6,980 nucleotides of DNA, taken from assembly GCA_027437055.1 (NCBI GenBank), contig DAIAOV010000137.1, forward strand, positions 1 through 6,980. Reading direction: 5' to 3'. The translations under genes and the position numbers were made by a program. How positions within the stretch are numbered: the stretch's first letter is position 1; each line of letters begins with the position of its first letter. The notes below the pieces were generated by a model that saw only the letters and a list, made by a program, of their open reading frames with translations, did not search any database and was not told the origin of the DNA. The stretch is from Legionella sp. Its GTDB lineage: Bacteria > Pseudomonadota > Gammaproteobacteria > Legionellales > Legionellaceae. This document shows, one piece after another, positions 1 to 5,021 of this stretch.

Positions 1-116
1 GGCGGGGGGCGCAACCACATCATCCTCGATATGGCGCTTCGGGAAAGAAGCTTGCGGTTCGGTCGGTTCCGGACGTTTGGTGCCGGCGGATGGGACCGGC
101 ATGCACCATGGGGGAT
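1..116. other. GC-rich chromosomal flank outside the AT-rich island; no gene assigned
   Basis: By hand count, nt 1-120 are 77/120 G+C (64%). Most of the window beyond about nt 165 is visibly AT-rich. The ORF track has no ORF here. Confidence 0.5.
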
Positions 117-161
117 TGGTGGCCAAGGGCGGAATCGAACCACCGACACAAGGATTTTCAG
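117..161 (-). pseudogene. 3' portion (45 nt) of tRNA-Phe(GAA) lacking the 5' half; candidate att-site remnant at the island boundary
   Basis: The reverse complement reads CTGAAAA-TCCTT-GTGTC-GGTGG-TTCGATT-CCGCC-CTTGGCC-A-CCA. These segments are the anticodon loop with GAA, the 3' anticodon-stem strand, the variable loop, a full T-arm (GGTGG/CCGCC with one G.U), the 3' acceptor strand, discriminator A and CCA. The expected 5' acceptor strand GGCCAAG, the D-arm and the 5' anticodon-stem strand are not present in 162-195. Confidence 0.85.
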
Positions 162-287
162 ACTCTAACTGACCGTAATTATTAAGTTTTTTCAGTAAGA
201 TGTTCTTTGCAAATCCCTGTGTTAATGATGACATTGGTAATACGGCTTATCAAAATATTTCTTGGATTATCGATCATATTTACAGGT

Positions 288-316
288 AACAAGCGTCTAA
301 AGTTTGGACGCTTGTT
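288..316 (-). terminator. Hairpin 17 nt downstream of the lipoprotein stop codon; copy A of the GCGTCTAAA-N-TTTGGACGC palindrome
   Basis: AACAAGCGTC (288-297) pairs perfectly with GACGCTTGTT (307-316), a 10-bp stem with a 9-nt loop. Neither strand has a clear U-tract after it, so its terminator function is uncertain. Confidence 0.45.
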
Positions 317-333
317 TAATTAAACATGTTACT

Positions 334-2151
334 TCAACTACCTGAATTACCGTTTACATTCGAGTGAGTAATCATAACGGAACTACTTGAGTTATTAGTA
401 AATTCAATCACATTTACAAATCCGCTAGGGGTTAGTTCAGCAGTAACGGGCGCGGCAGGAGTTGTACTATTATCTGTTAATCCAAAATATACTCTACTAT
501 CAGTTACAGTAGAATATTCATTGTTTACATAATAACTGCCACCATTTAATGTTGTTAAAGAAGGTGCTGTAACTGTTCCGCTTGATAAATCATAAATTAA
601 TACTGTAGCGTTATTTTGTAAAGGACAACCTAGCGTTGTCACGCAGCTGCCACCAGCATAGGGGTTATAATTGAAGTCTTGCATATACATTGCATTTGCT
701 GCTCTTATGTATTGAACTGAGGATAAGTTTCCGGTCCAACTCAAACTATTTTGTGATCCCGTATAAACAATTTGAGATGTAGCACATTGATTTGCAGTCA
801 AAGTACGTGAATATCTAACCAAGTCAAATTTACCATCTGATGGACTATGAGCCGACCATTGAAAACTATAGAAAGAACTACCGTCAGAAGAAGGGATAAT
901 CCCATCTGTAGTTGAATTCACACCTAAACCTGCTTCATTAACAGCCGTACCACCCAGATTTTGAAATATAACTGAACTATTAGTTGTATCAATTGTAGCG
1001 TGTACTAATAGAGTATTAGTACCACAAGGTTGATAACTAGATGAATTTGTTCCAACCATAAAATAGAAATCATGAGTACTACTGTTACTTGGATTTGATA
1101 AACCAAAATTGTTGTAGGTAATTTGAGTAACATCGCTAACATTAATTTGCGACAACTGTTGTAATAAAGAAATAGCGAGTGGCGATTGATTAATATCTAT
1201 ATTGTAGCTATTTGAAGCAGTCAAAGTAGTTTGATTAATTGTTATGACTTGTGCTTGAGTTGGATCCTGTAAACTTGGATTAGTTACAACATACTGTGTA
1301 AGCGTAACTCCTTGGGCTGGATTTGAGCTACTTCCGTTATTACTTGTGAATTGATTTAATATAATATCCCCGTTTTCAAGCCCCCAAAAATGTCCGAAAA
1401 AGTAATTATGATTGTTTGCCATTGCAACCCCATAACCATCTGCCGAAGTTCCATATTCCATGAATGGAATAACGACAGTAGGCGTTGTCCCTGTAAAATC
1501 TAGCCTAATAAAGCCAACATAATCATTTTGATTATTTACATTTGTATAAAAACCTGCAAAAAAATATTTTCCGTTATATGTAAGCTGTCCAGGTGTTTGA
1601 CCTGAAGCAGGGTCAAGGAAAAAAGACGGATTTCCGGTTAAAGATCTATTTGGGAGATTAAGAGTAATACAAGTAGTATCGCCAGTTGATTTATTGATTG
1701 TGACTAAATCACAATTGTTCCCATTTGCGTCAGTAATATTAGTAACCGCTAATACTACATAACTACCCGCATCTTGCACCCCTGTTACACACGAACTAGA
1801 AGAGGAGGATGAGGTTAATCCAACTAAATTCCAAGATGTCAAACTAGATGATGACATAAGATTAGATGAGCAATTTGTTACTGTTTGCGCGTAAGCGACT
1901 GAAGATGGAAAAAGTTTTTTAAAAAAATTAAATATATTTGGTTGAAAGAAGCTATTACTTGCAATTACTTTTCCACCACTTAGACTACCTGATGTCCCAA
2001 TAGTTAAATGAGAATTAGTAGTAGCACCAATATTTTGATTTAATTGTTGCGGGCTAGTTTGAGTTGTAGTACTTCCTCCCCCTCCACCACCACCGCAAGA
2101 ACTCAAGAGGAACACAAACAACAATATTAATAACTTTTTAGTCGCACTCAT
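334..2151 (-). CDS. Large secreted lipoprotein (605 aa), Ser/Thr/Asn-rich, function unknown
   Basis: This is a long ORF. A GGAGG Shine-Dalgarno (reverse complement of 2159-2163) lies 6-7 nt before the ATG at 2151. The N-terminus MSATKKLLILLFVFLLSSC has a basic n-region, a hydrophobic core and the lipobox L-S-S-C. A Gly7 linker (CGGGGGGGS) follows the Cys. Confidence 0.9.
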   Translation of the reverse strand: MSATKKLLILLFVFLLSSCGGGGGGGSTTTQTSPQQLNQNIGATTNSHLTIGTSGSLSGGKVIASNSFFQPNIFNFFKKLFPSSVAYAQTVTNCSSNLMSSSSLTSWNLVGLTSSSSSSSCVTGVQDAGSYVVLAVTNITDANGNNCDLVTINKSTGDTTCITLNLPNRSLTGNPSFFLDPASGQTPGQLTYNGKYFFAGFYTNVNNQNDYVGFIRLDFTGTTPTVVIPFMEYGTSADGYGVAMANNHNYFFGHFWGLENGDIILNQFTSNNGSSSNPAQGVTLTQYVVTNPSLQDPTQAQVITINQTTLTASNSYNIDINQSPLAISLLQQLSQINVSDVTQITYNNFGLSNPSNSSTHDFYFMVGTNSSSYQPCGTNTLLVHATIDTTNSSVIFQNLGGTAVNEAGLGVNSTTDGIIPSSDGSSFYSFQWSAHSPSDGKFDLVRYSRTLTANQCATSQIVYTGSQNSLSWTGNLSSVQYIRAANAMYMQDFNYNPYAGGSCVTTLGCPLQNNATVLIYDLSSGTVTAPSLTTLNGGSYYVNNEYSTVTDSRVYFGLTDNSTTPAAPVTAELTPSGFVNVIEFTNNSSSSVMITHSNVNGNSGS

Positions 2152-2239
2152 ATGAATCCCTCCCCAATACGATTTTTATAAGTATTTCTAATAATTTATT
2201 ATGCTTATTAAATATTATTATTTGTAAAAGATCAACTTT

Positions 2240-2407
2240 TTATACTTTTCGTAGTTGTTTCTGTGCTTTCTGAATTTTTTGTCTTGCTCGCTCTGCCTTA
2301 ACGGCCTGTTGAGCTCTTTTTGCTTGATCTTGAAGGGATTTGATTTTTGCTTGATCTGGTGTAATGGGTTTAGCAGTTTTTGGTGTAATAAATTCAAATG
2401 CTCGCAT
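2240..2407 (-). CDS. Small Lys/Gln/Ala-rich protein (55 aa): MRAFEFITPKTAKPITPDQAKIKSLQDQAKRAQQAVKAERARQKIQKAQKQLRKV
   Basis: I translated this by hand; it is not in the ORF track. The ATG at 2407 lies 3 nt after the stop of the upstream 48-aa ORF. The protein has a heptad-like charged composition. It is in a different frame from the TTG-initiated 66-aa track ORF at 2218-2418. Confidence 0.5.
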   Translation of the reverse strand: MRAFEFITPKTAKPITPDQAKIKSLQDQAKRAQQAVKAERARQKIQKAQKQLRKV

Positions 2408-2410
2408 TGT

Positions 2411-2557
2411 TTACCCAACCTTTACAGGATAAGAGATTAAATTATCTGACCCGTATAGTTTTCTTAATAAAAGAGATGCATTATTTGCATTGTCAGAAAA
2501 GACTATAGTATTAATCACTAATCCGCCAACCTTAACTGACGCTTTGTATTTGTTCAT
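2411..2557 (-). CDS. Small protein (48 aa): MNKYKASVKVGGLVINTIVFSDNANNASLLLRKLYGSDNLISYPVKVG
   Basis: I translated this by hand; it is not in the ORF track. It starts at the ATG at 2557. Its stop (2411-2413) is separated by only ACA from the next ATG, which suggests translational coupling. No convincing Shine-Dalgarno lies upstream, so confidence is modest. Confidence 0.4.
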   Translation of the reverse strand: MNKYKASVKVGGLVINTIVFSDNANNASLLLRKLYGSDNLISYPVKVG

Positions 2558-2562
2558 ATAAT
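2557..2562 (+). promoter_or_regulatory. Candidate -10 box (TATAAT) for the ncRNA
   Basis: A perfect TATAAT lies 17 nt upstream of the first stem (2579). The -35 is weak; the best candidate is TTAACT at 2532-2537 with a 19-bp spacer. The box overlaps the start codon of the minus-strand 48-aa ORF. Confidence 0.35.
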
Positions 2563-2568
2563 TATTTA

Positions 2569-2788
2569 TCAGTTGTATCGCAATGACTCCTGTCTGGACT
2601 CGTCATTGCGATGCTGGTTCGATTGCATCAGTATTCTCAAAACGCTGCCATGTGGCGCTTCAAATACTGGACGCCATACTCCCTAAGCTCGCCACAGGGC
2701 GTGGCAGGGAGTTATGTCTTGCATCTCACCTACGATGGTCTGCTCTCAAGTGTCGCAGACTTGGGGTGCTGGCCCGCACCCCGTTTTT
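2569..2788 (+). ncRNA. Candidate structured ncRNA (~220 nt), family not recognised
   Basis: By hand count, 2581-2780 are 110/200 G+C (55%), versus 15/60 (25%) for 2461-2520. The block contains consecutive perfect stems. They are 2579-2587/2602-2610 (9 bp), 2610-2614/2625-2629 (5 bp) and 2630-2635/2663-2668 (6 bp), the last enclosing 2643-2648/2652-2657 (6 bp with two G.U pairs). They continue with 2678-2684/2706-2712 (7 bp), which encloses 2691-2695/2701-2705 (5 bp, loop AGGGC), then 2738-2743/2755-2760 (6 bp) and the terminator stem 2763-2769/2776-2782 followed by T5. The G.U pairs and the T-tract favour the plus strand. The overlapping 75-aa ORF has no Shine-Dalgarno and an implausible composition. 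Confidence 0.6.
2763..2788 (+). terminator. Rho-independent terminator
   Basis: GGGGTGC (2763-2769) pairs with GCACCCC (2776-2782) around the loop TGGCCC, followed by G and TTTTT (2784-2788). The T-tract overlaps the stop codon (2787-2789) of the convergent 146-aa gene. Confidence 0.75.
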
Positions 2789-3227
2789 AACGCTTGAAAC
2801 CACTTTTTAAGCCTGCACTGGCTGTTTCTATCTGCGCATCTAATTCGCCTATTTCAACTGCTTTTTTGATCGCTTCTAATGTTTTAATCAGATCATCGGC
2901 ACTGGACACCTCTACGCTAGGCTTACCTTTTGCTAATTCTATTGTCCAACTACCATAGCGAATTGATACACATACCTTGCCATTTTCAGAAACAAACCAC
3001 CATGGCTTTATTCGTTTTGGCATGGATAGTTGCTTTCTTAGCCCTGTTTCTTTATCTATAAATGTTTTATTTTTCATTACTTGGAATTGGCTGCCGTCTT
3101 GTTGGCTTTTGGCTAGCTGTATTTGTTCCCATATCTTTGTAGATAATTTATTTCTACGCATGAGAATTGGCGCAATTTGACGGGGTTTCTTTACAGATAC
3201 TAATTTTAATGTGGCTAATGTGCTCAT
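2787..3227 (-). CDS. Basic 146-aa protein of unknown function (possible nucleic-acid binder)
   Basis: An AGGAG Shine-Dalgarno (reverse complement of 3234-3238) lies 6 nt before the ATG at 3227. The N-terminal half is K/R-rich (VKKPRQIAPILMRRNKLSTK, PKRIKPWWF). The C-terminal part is acidic and helical-looking. I do not recognise a family. Confidence 0.85.
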   Translation of the reverse strand: MSTLATLKLVSVKKPRQIAPILMRRNKLSTKIWEQIQLAKSQQDGSQFQVMKNKTFIDKETGLRKQLSMPKRIKPWWFVSENGKVCVSIRYGSWTIELAKGKPSVEVSSADDLIKTLEAIKKAVEIGELDAQIETASAGLKSGFKR

Positions 3228-3372
3228 TTGGTTCTCCTATAAATTGAATGGGCACACTTACTATATTGTCGATTTTCCAAAAGAACGACCGATTTCTGCC
3301 TTTAATGTTATTTCGATTAATTTTTCGCAGAAAATTTATACATTTCCTTAGTAAGAGATAAATATTTGTGCG

Positions 3373-3541
3373 AGTTGCTTGGTTGCCATGCAGTCGCTGA
3401 TATAAAAGTAGTTGCTAAGTTGGTTGCAACTAAGTGAGTTACAAATGAGTAACTATGACTCTTTAACTCAACAAGCGACCAACTCACTAGCAACATCTTT
3501 TGGAATCGACTCTTTCAGCAACCAAACTTGCGACTTGCAAC
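3373..3541. repeat. Array of about ten NNTTGC/GCAANN hexamers, including long-range inverted repeats
   Basis: Forward-orientation hexamers are AGTTGC at 3373 and 3410, GGTTGC at 3381 and 3422, and ACTTGC at 3526 and 3533. Reverse-orientation hexamers are GCAACA at 3490, GCAACC at 3518 and GCAACG at 3537. GTTGCAAC at 3423-3430 is palindromic. Two inverted pairs exist, each with one bulge: 3417-3427 with 3518-3529, and 3430-3440 with 3481-3490. Confidence 0.5.
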
Positions 3542-4026
3542 GAGAACTCAATCAAATACAAAGGAGAATGATTATGAGAGATATCGCAGTTAGAGGATTT
3601 ACAAACGACAAATTTAATACCACATTTGGCAAAGGGTTATTTAGACGAGCACTATTTAATGGATCAGTAGAACTGACCAATCCCAATCAAAAATATTTAG
3701 TAGATTATCTTACCTTTCAAGATTGGCAGAATACAGCAAAATCAGATGAACAAATGGCCATACTACATAAGTTATACAATTCTGGATTTACAGATACAGA
3801 CGAGATCTTCTGTTCTTGGGTTAAGCACTACGAACCTATCAGTAAAACTAAAACAGATGTTGGTGGTTTCTCTGTATATTCTATTGGTACACAAGAGCTA
3901 TATATCAGCATAGATGATGCCGAGCATGGAACAGTAGAGGATTGGTCATTAACCGTCAAAAACTGTGACAAATTAGGTGTAAACAAGCCAGTCTTTCTAG
4001 CAACTAATCTTAATTACATAAATTAA
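3445..4026 (+). CDS. Hypothetical protein (193 aa from ATG 3445; alternatively 150 aa from ATG 3574)
   Basis: The track ORF starts at TTG 3412. ATG 3445 has a weak Shine-Dalgarno-like TAAGTGAG. ATG 3574 has an excellent AAAGGAGA (3560-3567) with about 7-nt spacing. The frame stays open for 54 codons upstream of 3574 in AT-rich DNA, which argues for the longer form. I do not recognise a family. Confidence 0.65.
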   Translation: MSNYDSLTQQATNSLATSFGIDSFSNQTCDLQRELNQIQRRMIMRDIAVRGFTNDKFNTTFGKGLFRRALFNGSVELTNPNQKYLVDYLTFQDWQNTAKSDEQMAILHKLYNSGFTDTDEIFCSWVKHYEPISKTKTDVGGFSVYSIGTQELYISIDDAEHGTVEDWSLTVKNCDKLGVNKPVFLATNLNYIN

Positions 4027-4046
4027 GTAATTAAAACCACCTCAAC

Positions 4047-4122
4047 AAAGCCCTACAAGCACAGATCAATTAATTTACAGCGTCTAAACTTTGGACGCTA
4101 CTCAAACAGCTTGTAGGGCTTT
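4047..4122 (+). terminator. Compound 76-nt hairpin downstream of the 193-aa gene; contains copy B of the palindrome
   Basis: A perfect 14-bp outer stem joins AAAGCCCTACAAGC (4047-4060) and GCTTGTAGGGCTTT (4109-4122). It encloses the inner hairpin AGCGTC/GACGCT (4079-4084/4094-4099). The structure starts 20 nt after the stop codon and is followed by TTTATAA-like sequence rather than a clean U-tract. Confidence 0.5.
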
Positions 4123-4177
4123 ATAACAGCGATTATTCAACAGGCAGTCATTTATTAGATAAATACATATAAGAATG

Positions 4178-4209
4178 TTAGTTAAGAAAAGTGTAGTTTT
4201 CTTAAGTAA
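4178..4209. promoter_or_regulatory. 13-6-13 inverted repeat upstream of the short recombinase gene (candidate recombinase core site or operator)
   Basis: The sequence is TTAGTTAAGAAAA (4178-4190), GTGTAG (4191-4196), TTTTCTTAAGTAA (4197-4209). The arms are complementary at 12 of 13 positions, with the inner 9 perfect. The spacer is asymmetric. The repeat lies 113 nt upstream of ATG 4322. Confidence 0.5.
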
Positions 4210-4321
4210 GTTTATAAGTCATTGATTATTGGATGATTCTTTTTCTAAAGATTTCGGTCGCCCATTTTAGGAAAAGAAAACATACTAATAATGCGTTTTT
4301 ATTATCTAAGGAGCAGACAAC

Positions 4322-4888
4322 ATGGCACAAGCAAAAACACTAACCCAATCAGAATTAGATCAAGTACTGCGTTATGCAAGCTCAAGACAATATCCCGAGC
4401 GCAATCGTGCTTTAATTTTAAGTAGTTTTTATTTAGGGCTTCGTGTTGCAGAAATTGCCAGCCTTAAATTGGGAGATGTTGTAAATGACGATGGAATAAT
4501 AAAAAATGAAATTAAATTATCTGCCAGTCAAACCAAAGGCGGACATCCAAGAACTGTGTATATTCCAGAAAAGCTCAAACCTGAATATCGTTCATATTTA
4601 ACCACTCGTCATATCAAAGATCCCACTGTTCCATTTTTCCATACAGATAATAGACTAGGCTTTAGTGCAAATGGATTATGTGTTTGGTTTTTTAATCTTT
4701 ATAAAAACGCAGGTATCAGTGGAGCATCAAGTCACTCTGGTCGTAGAACTATGATAACGGGGTTAGCTAACAAAGGAATCAGTGTGCGTGTCTTAGCAGA
4801 AATCGCAGGACATCGTTCCATCACAGTTACACAAAAATATATTGATACTAATCCTGAGATGATGAGAAACGCAATGAATTTAATATAA
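4322..4888 (+). CDS. Short (188 aa) tyrosine recombinase, catalytic domain only
   Basis: An AAGGAG Shine-Dalgarno (4308-4313) lies 8 nt before the ATG. All the catalytic motifs are present: LGLRVAEI (Arg I), SQTKGG (Lys), SHSGRR (H-x-x-R) and AGHRSITVTQKYI (His and the Tyr nucleophile). There is no room for an N-terminal core-binding domain. Confidence 0.9.
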   Translation: MAQAKTLTQSELDQVLRYASSRQYPERNRALILSSFYLGLRVAEIASLKLGDVVNDDGIIKNEIKLSASQTKGGHPRTVYIPEKLKPEYRSYLTTRHIKDPTVPFFHTDNRLGFSANGLCVWFFNLYKNAGISGASSHSGRRTMITGLANKGISVRVLAEIAGHRSITVTQKYIDTNPEMMRNAMNLI

Positions 4889-4901
4889 GAAAATCTTAGA
4901 T

Positions 4902-5021
4902 ATTTTTTCGATTTTTCTGTCAAGTTTTTAGCAACTTTTCTAAAAACATGAATCATTTTTTCGATTTTTCAGTCAAGTAAATTATTTTCATTTCAAATTA
5001 GACTGAAAAATCCGAAAAAAT
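4902..5021. repeat. Three copies of a 21-24-bp unit (two direct, one inverted) between the recombinase gene and the 331-aa gene
   Basis: R1 (4902-4925) is ATTTTTTCGATTTTTCTGTCAAGT. R2 (4955-4978) is ATTTTTTCGATTTTTCAGTCAAGT, identical at 23 of 24 positions and 53 bp from R1. R3 (5001-5021) is inverted; its reverse complement is ATTTTTTCGGATTTTTCAGTC, with one inserted G. An 8-bp hairpin, GTTTTTAG (4924-4931) with CTAAAAAC (4940-4947), lies between R1 and R2. Confidence 0.8.

Noticed and set aside
1915-2097. Phase-variable simple repeats in the lipoprotein gene: T6A7 at 1915-1927 and the Gly7-coding GGT/GGA/GGG run at 2077-2097
   Set aside because: The homopolymer tracts are 7 nt or shorter. 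The glycine codons are mixed, with a longest G-run of 5. These are below the lengths usually associated with slipped-strand switching.
2218-2440. Track ORFs 2218-2418 (minus, 66 aa, TTG start) and 2255-2440 (plus, 61 aa)
   Set aside because: Both overlap the ATG-initiated 55-aa ORF, which is translationally coupled to the upstream 48-aa ORF. One of them needs a TTG start inside the preceding ORF. The plus-strand one is a Cys/Leu/Phe-rich shadow of an A-rich coding strand.
2616-2624. GGTTCGATT in the RNA block, identical to the T-loop 9-mer of the tRNA-Phe remnant (a tRNA-like module or att-complementary guide?)
   Set aside because: The flanking bases do not form a 5-bp T-stem around a 7-nt loop. 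A 9-mer shared between a 45-nt query and 14 kb of two-strand sequence is expected about once or twice by chance.
2668-2674. RNA-guided recombination idea: TGGACGC in the RNA block equals the right half of the palindrome motif, and loop 1 contains GTCT-GGAC
   Set aside because: Matches of 4-7 nt are expected by chance in this much sequence. I found no extended complementarity between RNA loops and the 13-6-13 site, the 24-bp repeats or the att segment.
2591-2712. RsmY/RsmZ/CsrB-like CsrA-sponge RNA, based on GGA in hairpin loops
   Set aside because: Only two or three loop or bulge GGA/GGG motifs are present (2596-2598, 2697-2699, 2707-2710). None fits the A(N)GGA loop consensus well. No CsrA-like gene is present.
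2583-2810. 75-aa plus-strand ORF covering the GC-rich block
   Set aside because: No Shine-Dalgarno precedes its ATG. Its Cys/Arg/Leu/Ala-rich composition is typical of GC-rich non-coding sequence read in frame. It runs through the terminator hairpin and overlaps the 3' end of the well-supported 146-aa gene. The hairpin density fits an RNA better.
4047-4122. The 76-nt length of the nested hairpin suggested a tRNA
   Set aside because: It has no cloverleaf, no GTTCRA T-loop, and no acceptor stem or CCA geometry. It is a long stem with an internal hairpin.
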